A stretch of DNA of 64,000 nt from an uncultured Chthoniobacteraceae bacterium (GTDB lineage Bacteria > Verrucomicrobiota > Verrucomicrobiia > Chthoniobacterales > DYNR01), in contig CAZQRL010000007.1 in the NCBI GenBank assembly GCA_964595865.1, positions 1,853 through 65,852 of the forward strand, in the 5' to 3' direction. The notes beneath the pieces were generated by a model. The model made no database searches. It was not told where the DNA came from and saw nothing but the letters and a program-made list of their open reading frames with translations. Positions 46,546 to 55,972 of the stretch are shown here, in pieces (position 1 is the stretch's first letter; every line of letters begins with the position of its first letter). The position numbers and the translations under genes are program-made.

Positions 46546-48662
46546 ATGCCACCCCGAACCAACCTCGACGCTCTCCGGCCACGCCGCTGGCGGAGGTGCC
46601 TTGGATCCCGCCGAAGCGAGTTTCTGCTCTGGCCCGTCTCGGCCTCCTGACCTTGGGTGATGTCGTCTTGCACTATCCCAGACGGCACGAAAATCGCACC
46701 GGGACGCCGGATTTTCCCCGTGGCGAAACCCCCGGGCCGGTCTGCCTCTGGGGCAAGGTGGCCAAGACGCACCATCTCAGCTTCGGTCGGGGTGCCTGGG
46801 GACGCCGGGTTTTTGAGGTGCGTCTTGAGAGCCATGCGGAGGATATCTTCAGTTCGGGGGTGGTCTGTCGGTGGTTCAACGCCGGGTATTTGAGCAAATT
46901 GATTGCCACGGGCGATGAGTTGGTCGTCTTTGGCCGGGTGCGGGAGAAGCGCGGGCAGTTGGTCATCGAGCACCCGGATTTTGAGGTTCTGGAGGAAGGC
47001 GAGGAGAAGGACTCCCTGCATTTCGGCCGCCTGACTCCGGTTTATCCCTCGGGCGAAGGGCTTTCGGTGCGAATCCTGCGCGAGTTGGTTCACCGGGCCC
47101 TGCAAGAGACCGACCTTGAAGCATTGCCGGCCTTGGTCCCCGGAGCCGCCAGTTCAGGCCCCGGCGCAGCACTTTCCGGCAGCCGTGCCGAAGCCTTGCG
47201 CGCCATTCATTTCCCCGATTCCCTCGAGGCACTGGAAGCCGCCCGTCCCCGGCTCGCCTTGGAGGAGTTTTTTGCCGTTCAATCCATCCTGGTGTCGCGG
47301 CGAGAGCAAATGCGCCAGCTCCCCTCGGCCAGCAAATCTTCTCCCGGCACCCTGCGCGCCGCGTTATTTGCCCGCTTACCCTTCTCCCTCACCGGGGAGC
47401 AAAACCAGGCGCTGGAAGACATTTTGGCCGACCTCGCCAAGCAGGAGCCCATGCAGCGCTTGCTGCAAGGGGATGTGGGCTCGGGGAAAACGGTAGTCGC
47501 GCTGGCTGCGGCACTGGAGGCCATCGAAGCCGGTTGGGAGGTGGCCTTCATGGCCCCGACGCAAATCCTCGCCCGCCAGCACTTCGAGACCTTTTCCCGC
47601 TGGCTGGAACCGCTGCAAGTCCCTGTGGAATTACACACCGGGGAAGCGCGCGAGTCCACCGAGCTCCCGCTCTTCTCCTCCGGCAAAAATTGGCCCCGGC
47701 TGGTCGTGGGCACGCACGCCCTGCTTCACGAAGGGGTGAATCTGCCCCGGCTCGGACTGGCCATCGTGGATGAGCAACACAAATTCGGCGTCCTCCAGCG
47801 AGCCCGCCTCTTGGAACGCGGCCAAGCCCCAGACTTGCTCGTTATGACCGCCACGCCCATCCCGCGCACCCTCACCCAAACCCTCCACGGGGATCTCGAT
47901 GTCTCCATTATCCGTGAGAAACCTCCCGGACGCGGCAGGGTCATCACCGCCATCCGCCCCCGGGAAAAGCTCCCCGATGTCACCCGCTTTTTTCTCGAAC
48001 AATTCGCCGCCGGCCGCCAAGCCTATCTGGTCTATCCCCTGGTCGAAGATTCGGAAAAACTGGACGTCAAATCCGTGCTTGCAGAGGGCGAGAAATGGGC
48101 CGGATTGCTCGCTCCCCACCGCGTCGAAGTGCTCCATGGCCGGGTCTCAGCGGAGGAAAAAGATCGCATCATGAGCGAGTTTCGCGCCGGGCAAATCCGT
48201 GCGCTCGTCGCTACGACGGTCATCGAAGTCGGCGTGGATGTGCCCAATGCCAACCTCATGCTCATCGAGAATGCCGAGCGCTTCGGCTTGGCGCAGTTGC
48301 ATCAACTGCGTGGCCGCATTGGGCGGGGAGAGCACAAGTCCTACTGCGTGCTGGTGCCGGGCAAATCTGCCCCGGAGGTCTTGGAACGCCTGCGCGTCCT
48401 GGAGCAAAGCGACGATGGATTTGTTATTGCCGAGGCGGACCTGCAATTCCGTGGGCCCGGCGATCTCGTCGGCACGGCTCAGACCGGGCTGCCTCCGCTG
48501 CGCCTGGGTAACCTGCTGCGCGATGGCGACCTCATGACCCGGGCCCGTCACCTCGCCCAGGAGATCTTCGCCCGCGATCCCCAGCTTCGTTTGCCCGAAC
48601 ACCGCCCCTTGCGCGAATTTCTTGCCCACCAACACCGCCGACTGCAAGCTGCCGCCGGTTGA
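46542..48662 (+). CDS. recG: ATP-dependent DNA helicase RecG (start uncertain; TTG 46542 overlaps the recJ stop)
   Basis: Wedge/OB region, then LLQGDVGSGKTVVA, AIVDEQHKFG, MTATPIPRTL, QLHQLRGRIGRG. Confidence 0.9.
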   Translation: MNATPNQPRRSPATPLAEVPWIPPKRVSALARLGLLTLGDVVLHYPRRHENRTGTPDFPRGETPGPVCLWGKVAKTHHLSFGRGAWGRRVFEVRLESHAEDIFSSGVVCRWFNAGYLSKLIATGDELVVFGRVREKRGQLVIEHPDFEVLEEGEEKDSLHFGRLTPVYPSGEGLSVRILRELVHRALQETDLEALPALVPGAASSGPGAALSGSRAEALRAIHFPDSLEALEAARPRLALEEFFAVQSILVSRREQMRQLPSASKSSPGTLRAALFARLPFSLTGEQNQALEDILADLAKQEPMQRLLQGDVGSGKTVVALAAALEAIEAGWEVAFMAPTQILARQHFETFSRWLEPLQVPVELHTGEARESTELPLFSSGKNWPRLVVGTHALLHEGVNLPRLGLAIVDEQHKFGVLQRARLLERGQAPDLLVMTATPIPRTLTQTLHGDLDVSIIREKPPGRGRVITAIRPREKLPDVTRFFLEQFAAGRQAYLVYPLVEDSEKLDVKSVLAEGEKWAGLLAPHRVEVLHGRVSAEEKDRIMSEFRAGQIRALVATTVIEVGVDVPNANLMLIENAERFGLAQLHQLRGRIGRGEHKSYCVLVPGKSAPEVLERLRVLEQSDDGFVIAEADLQFRGPGDLVGTAQTGLPPLRLGNLLRDGDLMTRARHLAQEIFARDPQLRLPEHRPLREFLAHQHRRLQAAAG

Positions 48663-48676
48663 TTCCGCTCGCCCGC

Positions 48677-49357
48677 ATGAATACCACCAGCCCGATCGAA
48701 GACAAAGACTACTACACCGTGATGAGCCACTTCTATCGCGGAGAGCTCGGTCGCATCATGGTCTGGCGACAACGCCTTGATGTCACGACCAACTGGGCAG
48801 TGGTGTCCACCACGGGCTTGATCACCTTCGGCCTCAGCTCCCCCGCCAACAGCCACCTGGTCTTTTTTCTTGCCAACATCCTTTGCGTGCTCCTCCTCGT
48901 GATTGAGGGCCGCCGTTACCGCTACTACGATGCCTTCCGCGCTCGGGTGCGCATGCTCGAGGCGCACATGCTCATGCCCGTGGTCCTGCGCGATGCCAAG
49001 CTTCTGCAAGGGGATTGGCGGAAAATCATGGCTGAAGACCTGCTTCTGCCTTCCTTCAAAATCAGTCGCCTGGATGCCATGGCCCGGCGCTTCCGGCGCA
49101 ACTACGCCTATCTTTTTCTCATTATTGCCGGGGCCTGGTTTCTCAAGCTCTGGATTCACCAGCCGCTCTCGCACGAGCCCGGCGGCTTCCTGCGCGCTCT
49201 CGAAGCTGACAACCCGCTGCCTGGGTGGGCCTTCCTCCTTCTCACCCTGGCCTTCTACGGTTGGTTGATCTGGCTCCTGGTGCGCTCGTTTCAGCTGGCC
49301 TCCGAGTCGGATGAATTCCAGCGCGGGGCCATGCGCCGGGAGAAGTGGCTCAAGTAG
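48677..49357 (+). CDS. DUF2270-type integral membrane protein
   Basis: HFYRGELGRIMVWRQRLDVTTNWAVVSTTGLITFGLS...IEGRRYRYYDAFRARVRMLE matches my recollection of DUF2270. Confidence 0.6.
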   Translation: MNTTSPIEDKDYYTVMSHFYRGELGRIMVWRQRLDVTTNWAVVSTTGLITFGLSSPANSHLVFFLANILCVLLLVIEGRRYRYYDAFRARVRMLEAHMLMPVVLRDAKLLQGDWRKIMAEDLLLPSFKISRLDAMARRFRRNYAYLFLIIAGAWFLKLWIHQPLSHEPGGFLRALEADNPLPGWAFLLLTLAFYGWLIWLLVRSFQLASESDEFQRGAMRREKWLK

Positions 49358-49844
49358 CTGCGTTTGGGGCGGGGAACCGGTGATGGGTGATGGTGAAGCC
49401 CTCGCCTTGGTGAATCAGCGCACCGGGTTGCTGCTCCAAAGCACAAACCGGGAAAAGCGTATCCCCATCCACTTCGCGTTCCACCAGGGTGAGATAAAGC
49501 TCGCGGCAGCGCGGTAACAACGCCGCATAAATCGTCGCTCCCCCAATCACGAAAATCTGCCGTCCATCGGGCAGTTGGTCGGGAACTTCTTGCGGCGAAG
49601 AAAGGAGTCGCAGAGCGGGGCGATGCGGATCCTTGGCCAGATCGCTCGTGGTAATTACCCAATTTTCCCTTCCCGGCAAAGGACGGCCGATCGAAGCATA
49701 GGTTTTCCGTCCCATCACCACCACCTGGCCCAGGGTCAGGCGCTGGAAAAACTTGAGATCCTCCGGCAAGTGCCAAGGGATTGTCCCCTCCGCGCCGATT
49801 ACCCGGTTCCGGGCCATGGCGACCACGGCGATCAACCCGCTCAT
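49350..49844 (-). CDS. folA: dihydrofolate reductase (internal ATG of the tracked 49350-50390 ORF)
   Basis: [65 protein letters not shown]. 164 aa. ATGA overlap with thyA. Confidence 0.85.
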   Translation of the reverse strand: MSGLIAVVAMARNRVIGAEGTIPWHLPEDLKFFQRLTLGQVVVMGRKTYASIGRPLPGRENWVITTSDLAKDPHRPALRLLSSPQEVPDQLPDGRQIFVIGGATIYAALLPRCRELYLTLVEREVDGDTLFPVCALEQQPGALIHQGEGFTITHHRFPAPNAAT

Positions 49845-50635
49845 ACGGCGATCGGGGCTTTGATGGCCGGGTGCGGATCGTAGCCCTCGAGGGTGAAATC
49901 CTCCAAGACAAAGTCTTCGAGTTCCTTGCGCTCCGGATTCAGCCGCATTCTCGGCAAGGGCCGACATTCCCGCTCGAGTTGCAGCCGCGCCTGCTCGAGG
50001 TGGTTCTGATACAAATGCAAATCCCCGAAGGTGTGGATGAACTCTCCCGGCCGCAGTCCGCAGACCTGCGCCACCATCAGCGTCAGCAAGGCATACGAGG
50101 CGATATTGAAAGGCACGCCGAGAAATAGATCCGCACTGCGCTGATACAGCTGGCAGCTCAGCTCCCCCTCGCTGACATAGAATTGAAACAGCGCGTGACA
50201 CGGCGCCAGTGCCATCCGGTCCAGCTCTCCCGGGTTCCAGGCCGAAACCACCAGGCGGCGGCTGTCCGGATCGCGACGTATCTGCTCCACCACTTGGCGA
50301 ATCTGATCCACCGTCGTGCCCTCCGGCGTGCGCCAGGAACGCCATTGGGCTCCATAGACCGGGCCCAGATTCCCCTGCGCATCCGCCCATTCATCCCAAA
50401 TCGTCACTCCCCGCTCCTGCAGCCACCGCACATTTGTCTCTCCGCGCAAAAACCACAGCAGCTCATAAATAATCGAACGCAGATGCAGCTTCTTCGTCGT
50501 CACCAAGGGAAATGAATCCCGGAGGTCGAAGCGCTCCTGCGCTCCGAAAACGGAGAGCGTCCCTGTGCCCGTGCGATCGGTTTTAGCTTTTCCAGTTTCC
50601 AGGACCAGGCGGAGCAGTCGGTGATAGGCTTCCAT
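49841..50635 (-). CDS. thyA: thymidylate synthase
   Basis: [64 protein letters not shown]. Confidence 0.95.
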   Translation of the reverse strand: MEAYHRLLRLVLETGKAKTDRTGTGTLSVFGAQERFDLRDSFPLVTTKKLHLRSIIYELLWFLRGETNVRWLQERGVTIWDEWADAQGNLGPVYGAQWRSWRTPEGTTVDQIRQVVEQIRRDPDSRRLVVSAWNPGELDRMALAPCHALFQFYVSEGELSCQLYQRSADLFLGVPFNIASYALLTLMVAQVCGLRPGEFIHTFGDLHLYQNHLEQARLQLERECRPLPRMRLNPERKELEDFVLEDFTLEGYDPHPAIKAPIAV

Positions 50636-50736
50636 CGTTTGGCAGTAGCGAAAACAAGCACCTTTGGCTGACCCTCGGCTAGCGTCAAGAATGTGTGGAC
50701 TTTTTCTCGCGGCTTTCTATTGAGGAACGCCCGGTC

Positions 50737-51834
50737 ATGAAAAAGCCCCAATCTGCCTCCACCCCCGCCGCCCGCCGCCGCTCCCCGGTCATTCCTGTCG
50801 GCATCATTGGCACCGGCGGCATGGCCCACATGCACGCTCAATCCTTGCAAGCCATTCCCGGGTGCGCCATCGTGGCGGCGTGTGATGTAGATGCCGCCCG
50901 CGCCCGGGTTTTTGCGGATAAATATCACATCCCGCAGGTCTTTACCGACGTGGAGGAACTCCTCCAGCACGGGGACGTGCAGGCCGTCTGCAATGTTACC
51001 CCCGACCGCTTTCATGCCCCCGTAAGCCTGCAATGCCTGCGCGCCGGCAAACATGTCCTCTGCGAAAAACCCCTCGCGACCAGCTTTCCCGAAGCTCGCC
51101 GCATGGCCCAAGCCGCCGACCAAGCTGGGGTGAAAAACCTGGTCAACTTCTCCTACCGGAACTCCTCAGCCCTGCAAAAGGCTGCGGCTTTGGTTGCAGC
51201 TGGGGAACTGGGCCGCATCCTGCATGTGGAGGGACATTACTATCAGGACTGGCTCTGTGGCGATCACTGGGGTCATTGGGCGACCACCCCCGCCTGGCTC
51301 TGGCGGCTTTCCACCGCTCACGGTAGCAAGGGTGTGCTTGGCGATGTCGGGGTTCACCTGCTGGATTTCGCTTCTTTCCCGGTCGGGCCCATCACTTCAG
51401 TCAACTGCCTCCTGCGCACTTTCCCCAAGGCGCCCAATGACCGGATTGGGGAATACCAGCTGGATGCCAACGACTCCGCCATCATCAACGTCACCTTTGC
51501 CGACGGAGCAATTGGCAGCCTGCAAACCAGCCGCTGGACCACCGGGCATCGCAACTCCATTTACCTCGCGATCTACGGAGAAGAAGGCGCGCTGCGCATT
51601 GACCTCGACCGCTCCTGGACGGAATTGGAAATTTGCCGCGTCCGGCGTCGCAAGGTGGGGCCTTGGAAAACCCTGCGCTGTCCTGCCACCCCGACGATTT
51701 ACCAACGGTTCATCCGCAGCATCCGCACTGGCCACCCCGACCAGCCTGACTTCCAACGCGGCGCCGCCATCCAACAAGCCCTCGACGCCTGCGAAAAAAG
51801 CCACCGCCGCGGCAAAACAATCAGCCTCTCGTAG
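50737..51834 (+). CDS. Gfo/Idh/MocA-family oxidoreductase
   Basis: MKKPQSASTPAARRRSPVIPVGIIGTGGMAHMHAQSL, CNVTPDRFHAPVSLQCLRAGKHVLCEKPLA. Confidence 0.8.
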   Translation: MKKPQSASTPAARRRSPVIPVGIIGTGGMAHMHAQSLQAIPGCAIVAACDVDAARARVFADKYHIPQVFTDVEELLQHGDVQAVCNVTPDRFHAPVSLQCLRAGKHVLCEKPLATSFPEARRMAQAADQAGVKNLVNFSYRNSSALQKAAALVAAGELGRILHVEGHYYQDWLCGDHWGHWATTPAWLWRLSTAHGSKGVLGDVGVHLLDFASFPVGPITSVNCLLRTFPKAPNDRIGEYQLDANDSAIINVTFADGAIGSLQTSRWTTGHRNSIYLAIYGEEGALRIDLDRSWTELEICRVRRRKVGPWKTLRCPATPTIYQRFIRSIRTGHPDQPDFQRGAAIQQALDACEKSHRRGKTISLS

Positions 51835-51843
51835 CAGACCGTG

Positions 51844-51953
51844 GAAAAACTGGGCACGGCCGCGCGTAGAAGGTCGAGGAACCCACGGGTTGTAACCCAG
51901 TTCATATAAATAGTGCTGGGTCGTGGAAAACCGATGTCGGTGCCCAGTTTTTC
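51844..51953. repeat. perfect 14-bp inverted repeat (gaaaaactgggcac / gtgcccagtttttc) with an 82-nt spacer
   Basis: Arms at 51844-51857 and 51940-51953, read directly. Lies between the oxidoreductase stop and the IS630-like remnant. Confidence 0.8.
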
Positions 51954-51955
51954 TT

Positions 51956-52453
51956 TCAACCACCCGTGCAGCTTGACCGCCGTCCAATGGAATTCGCCAA
52001 GGGTTTTTGCGGATTTTCCCGCACGGGCTCAAGCAGTTCGCGTGCGCGCTGCCGGCGCACTTGGCGGGGCCGCCCCGAATGCGGCTTGCTGGCCAGCGCA
52101 GCACGGCCTCTTTGGTTGCAGAGGGCGTTGTAGAAGGCGATCCAGAGGCGCACGATGCGATCGCTACGACAAAACGGAATGCAAACTAAAGTCCGCTCCA
52201 CCCCAAAGAGCAGAGAACGAATGGCCACCAGCCAAACAAATCCTCGCCTCTTGGGCGAGGCTTCTAGGGCCACTCTTAACTCCTCCGAGGTGACATTCTG
52301 AGGGTGCGAGCGGCACTCCAATTGTCTCAAAAGGTGCGAGGCTTTCTCCGGAAATTTTTTCGAGAGATGTTTCCGCAGAACACCGAACCCGAGAAGGTTG
52401 CCGGGTTGCAGCAGAGCTGGCGGAAAAATGCCACCGCAGGAGGGTATCCTCAT
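51956..52453 (-). pseudogene. IS630/Tc1-like transposase N-terminal (HTH) remnant; DDE domain missing
   Basis: SEELRVALEAS...AIRSLLFG...DRIVRLWIAFYN...GRAALASKPHSGRPRQV resembles the IS630 HTH region (..G..aL.dkPRSGRP..). Confidence 0.45.
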
Positions 52454-52673
52454 TGCTCTCCGGCCAGCAGGGTTGGCAGACTGACAGCGCGGCAGGTGAA
52501 ATTTTGCCGCGCTGGTAAAGCTAGAGACTTGTCACTTTGGGAACTTTCCTCCAGTTTTTCATACTCAACTTCTGGTTCGCGCCCGTTTTCCGGGCTGTTA
52601 ATCTAATGGTGGGCCAACGCATCACCCCCAGTTAAGAAAACGCAGCCGAACCAACTTGGTTGATCTGCTTGTT

Positions 52674-52747
52674 GCCTCGTGGTGTAACGGTAGCACAAGT
52701 GACTCTGGATCACTTTGTCATGGTTCGAATCCATGCGAGGCAGCCAT
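52674..52747 (+). tRNA. tRNA-Gln (anticodon CTG), CCA encoded
   Basis: Cloverleaf folded by hand. Acceptor tgcctcg/cgaggca (U1-A72, as in bacterial tRNA-Gln). Anticodon arm agtga-CTCTGGA-tcact. T arm catgg-ttcgaat-ccatg. Ends in gcca. Confidence 0.85.
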
Positions 52748-52763
52748 TGGGGTATGGCGGTGT

Positions 52764-52835
52764 GCACCCCCCGGGACTCGAACCCGGAACCAAAAGATTA
52801 AGAGTCTTCTGCTCTACCATTGAGCTAGAGGTGCA
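52764..52835 (-). tRNA. tRNA-Lys (anticodon CTT)
   Basis: The reverse complement folds as follows. Acceptor gcacctc/ggggtgc. D arm gctc-aatggta-gagc. Anticodon arm gaaga-CTCTTAA-tcttt. T arm ccggg-ttcgagt-cccgg. CCA not encoded. Confidence 0.85.
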
Positions 52836-52869
52836 GATGGGCCTCACGCCAAGGGCGACGGGAGGGGAA

Positions 52870-52943
52870 TCGGGCTGGCGGGATTCGAACCCACGACCTC
52901 TGCGTCCCGAACGCAGCGCTCTACCAAGCTAAGCTACAGCCCG
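52870..52943 (-). tRNA. tRNA-Pro (anticodon CGG)
   Basis: The reverse complement folds as follows. Acceptor cgggctg/cagcccg. Anticodon arm ctgcg-TTCGGGA-cgcag. T arm gtggg-ttcgaat-cccgc. Confidence 0.85.
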
Positions 52944-53039
52944 ATCAAGAAGGGCATCATAGAACTAGCAGGACGGTGGGTGCAAGCCCGGAGATTCCAA
53001 GATTGGCAAGGTCCAGGGTTTGGATTACCGAGAGAGATC

Positions 53040-53516
53040 ATGGCGAGGCTCGTTTTGCTGGTGGTGTGGATTCCTTGGCTCCTGCTGCTTGGGTGCGGAG
53101 GTGGAGGTTACTCCGGCTACAAATACCGGCCCTACAGCATCCGGGGTCAGACCTACTACCCGATGGCCCCACGGGAGGCTTTGGGATTTGTTGAGGAAGG
53201 AATCGCCTCCCATTACGACGAGAGTCGGTTTTTCCTTTTTCCCGGTAAGACGGCCATCGGAGAAAAACAATACTCTTGGAGCAAAGGAGCCGCCCACAAA
53301 ACCCTCCCCCTGCCATGCGTGGTGCGGGTGACCAACCTGCGCAACGGTCGTCAGGCCGTGGTGCGAGTCAATGACCGGGGGCCTTTTGTCGAGGGGAGGA
53401 TTCTCGATGTGACCGCTCCCGTGGCGAAGAAACTTGGCTTTTATGAACAGGGTCTCACGCCGGTGCGCATCCAGGTATTGAGCGTGGGTGATGGACGATA
53501 CCGGATTCGCCACTGA
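53040..53516 (+). CDS. rlpA: RlpA-like septal ring lytic transglycosylase lipoprotein (DPBB domain)
   Basis: Lipobox MARLVLLVVWIPWLLLLGC. GIASHYDES...AAHKTLPLPCVVRVTNLRNGRQAVVRVNDRGPF. Confidence 0.8.
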   Translation: MARLVLLVVWIPWLLLLGCGGGGYSGYKYRPYSIRGQTYYPMAPREALGFVEEGIASHYDESRFFLFPGKTAIGEKQYSWSKGAAHKTLPLPCVVRVTNLRNGRQAVVRVNDRGPFVEGRILDVTAPVAKKLGFYEQGLTPVRIQVLSVGDGRYRIRH

Positions 53517-53651
53517 GGAGCAGCCAGCGTAAACAGGCGGCCCTGCCGGTTACCAAGCGATGGAAGGATTGAAAAAGCGGACCCCTTTGCGGCCCTGGAG
53601 GAAAATTCCCGTCCGGGGTGCTTTCCCGTTGCAGAAGGTTCTGGCTGCGCC

Positions 53652-55229
53652 ATGATAGCAAAGGCAATGTCTGAACCCTTCGAAAAGGCTGAGGTAGTAA
53701 TTGTCGGGGGCGCATTTTCCGGCGCCGCCACGGCGCTGCTTTTACGTCGGGAAAATCCGTCCTTACGGGTGGTGGTGTTGGAAAAGTCCACGCAGTTGGA
53801 ACGTCGCGTGGGCGAGGCCACCACGGAAGTGAGCGGCTCTTTTCTCACCAAGCGGCTGGGGCTCACCACCCACCTCAACGAACATCATATTGTCAAAAAT
53901 GGACTGCGCTTTTGGTTCACGCGCGAAGCCGGGGATAGCTTTGCGCGGGCGGGAGAATTAGGAGCCGGGTTCAACGTGCGCCTGCCGACTTACCAGGTAG
54001 ATCGGGCGGTTTTGGATGAAGAAGTGCTGCGGCGGGCGGGCCAAGCGGGCGCGGAAATAATTCGCGGCGCCAAGGTCCTGGAGTGGGAGTTAGCGGAGGG
54101 CCAGGTGCGCGTGCAAACTGCCCACGGAGAACGCCAGTGGCAAGGGCGCTGGCTGGTGGATAGCACCGGGCGGGCGGCGGCTATTGCGCGGTTGCGCGGC
54201 ACGTTGCAGGCTTTGCCGGAGCACCCGACGAAAGCCCTCTGGGCGCGATTTCGCGGGGTGGCCGACCTGGATTCCACGGAAATGCACACCCGCTTCCCGA
54301 ACCTCGTTGGGCGGGTCCAAACCAGTCGCACCTCCGCCACGAATCATCTCACCGGCCGGGGCTGGTGGTGTTGGTTCATTCCCCTCAAAGGCGGCTTCAC
54401 CAGCGTGGGCTTGGTGTATGATCCCCGGCTGTTTCAACCACCAGAGGGCCCTTCGATCCCGGAGCGGCTCCTGCAGCACCTGCGGGCCCATCCTTTGGGA
54501 TCTGAACTCATGCGCCATGCCGAGCCAGTCCCCGGCGATGCCCGGGCTTTGGCACCGTTGCCTTATTACTCCACGCAGATTGCCGGACCTGGCTGGCAAA
54601 TCGTCGGGGACGCCGCGGGCTTCATGGATCCGCTCTACAGTGCGGGATTGGACTACAATTCTTGGACGGTGAGCGCCGCAGTGGAGCGAATTTTGCGTGA
54701 AGCCCGAGGCGAGGTGGTAGATCTGGAAACTCTTAACGCCAATTTCCAAAAGTCCTTTCTCAGCTGGTTCCGCGGCCTTTACCTCGATAAATATGAATAC
54801 TTGGGAGATCGGCCTCTGATGACCGCTGCTTACTTGATGGACCTGGGCTTGTTTTTCTTCGGACCGGTGCGGGAAATCGTGCGCGATGTGCGGCGTGGCT
54901 TCGCGCAAATGCCCTTCACGGGAGAGGTGGATGGGCAGGTGGCCCGGCTGATGGCTTTTTACAATGCTCGGCTGGCCGAGCTGGCGCGACAAAAAGTGGC
55001 GCGAGGAATTTACGGGGCAGAAAATTGTGGTGGCTGCTTCGTTGTGCGAGGTTTCGAGCCGAACCTCGGCGTGTGGCGAAACGTGCTCGATGGGGCCTTC
55101 CTCTGGCTGGTGGAGGAGCTGCGGATGGCCTGGCGGCGCTGGCGACAACCCTTACCCACGAAAAGCCCCGGCGGACAGCCGATTTCCACCTCCCTCCCCG
55201 CTCCGGCTAGCGTAACTTCCGGTGGATGA
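53652..55229 (+). CDS. FAD-dependent enzyme with flavin-dependent-halogenase signature motifs
   Basis: VVIVGGAFSGAA (GxGxxG), RRVGEATTEV, HIVKNGLRF, WLVDSTGR, and WCWFIP (WxWxIP) at nt 54366-54383. 525 aa. Confidence 0.65.
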   Translation: MIAKAMSEPFEKAEVVIVGGAFSGAATALLLRRENPSLRVVVLEKSTQLERRVGEATTEVSGSFLTKRLGLTTHLNEHHIVKNGLRFWFTREAGDSFARAGELGAGFNVRLPTYQVDRAVLDEEVLRRAGQAGAEIIRGAKVLEWELAEGQVRVQTAHGERQWQGRWLVDSTGRAAAIARLRGTLQALPEHPTKALWARFRGVADLDSTEMHTRFPNLVGRVQTSRTSATNHLTGRGWWCWFIPLKGGFTSVGLVYDPRLFQPPEGPSIPERLLQHLRAHPLGSELMRHAEPVPGDARALAPLPYYSTQIAGPGWQIVGDAAGFMDPLYSAGLDYNSWTVSAAVERILREARGEVVDLETLNANFQKSFLSWFRGLYLDKYEYLGDRPLMTAAYLMDLGLFFFGPVREIVRDVRRGFAQMPFTGEVDGQVARLMAFYNARLAELARQKVARGIYGAENCGGCFVVRGFEPNLGVWRNVLDGAFLWLVEELRMAWRRWRQPLPTKSPGGQPISTSLPAPASVTSGG

Positions 55230-55972
55230 ATCCGGCCCTCTCTTCCACACCAACCGAGACTTTACCCAGCAAAAGCCAGTCGTGGCAGATGTTCGATCGC
55301 ATCGCACCGACTTATGATTTGCTCAATCGGGTTTTGTCCTTGGGGATCGATGGGGCCTGGCGGAAGCGTCTGGCGCGTTATTTGCCCTCCGACCCTCCGA
55401 AGTTGGATTTGCTCGACTTGGCAACCGGCACCGGAGACCAGATTTTCGCTCTGTGGGACGCCGCACCGGCGCGTTGGCGCAGCCTCACTGGCACCGACTT
55501 AGCGGAGAAAATGCTCGACCAAGCTCGCCGCAAAGCGCCGGCGCGGATTCCGAGTGCGATGATTTCCTGGCGCACCGCCTCAGCGCAAGAGTTGCCTTTT
55601 GAGGATGCGAGCTTCGACGTGGCAACGATATCTTTTGGTATTCGCAATGTTCCCGAGCCGCTGGTGGCGCTGCGCGAAATTCGTCGCGTTCTTCGTCCAA
55701 GGGGCCGGGCCTTGATTCTCGAGTTCTCCCTACCAAGGTCATTTCTGCTGCGCTGGCCCTATCTTTTTTATTTCCGCCATGTCCTGCCTTGGATCGGCGG
55801 CAAAGTCAGTGGGGATCCCGCCGCTTATCGTTACTTGAATCGCACCGTGGAAACGTTTCCCTATGAGGAGGGCTTCTTGGCCTGGATGCGCGAGGCTGGA
55901 TTTGCCGAGACGAAGTTTGTGCGGTTGAGCGGGGGGATCGCCTGTCTGTATCTCGGGGAGGGGCAACGATGA
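55226..55972 (+). CDS. ubiE: demethylmenaquinone / ubiquinone C-methyltransferase
   Basis: MFDRIAPTYDLLNRVLSLGIDGAWRK, LLDLATGTGD, ISFGIRNV, RVLRPRGRALILEFS. Confidence 0.9.
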   Translation: MNPALSSTPTETLPSKSQSWQMFDRIAPTYDLLNRVLSLGIDGAWRKRLARYLPSDPPKLDLLDLATGTGDQIFALWDAAPARWRSLTGTDLAEKMLDQARRKAPARIPSAMISWRTASAQELPFEDASFDVATISFGIRNVPEPLVALREIRRVLRPRGRALILEFSLPRSFLLRWPYLFYFRHVLPWIGGKVSGDPAAYRYLNRTVETFPYEEGFLAWMREAGFAETKFVRLSGGIACLYLGEGQR

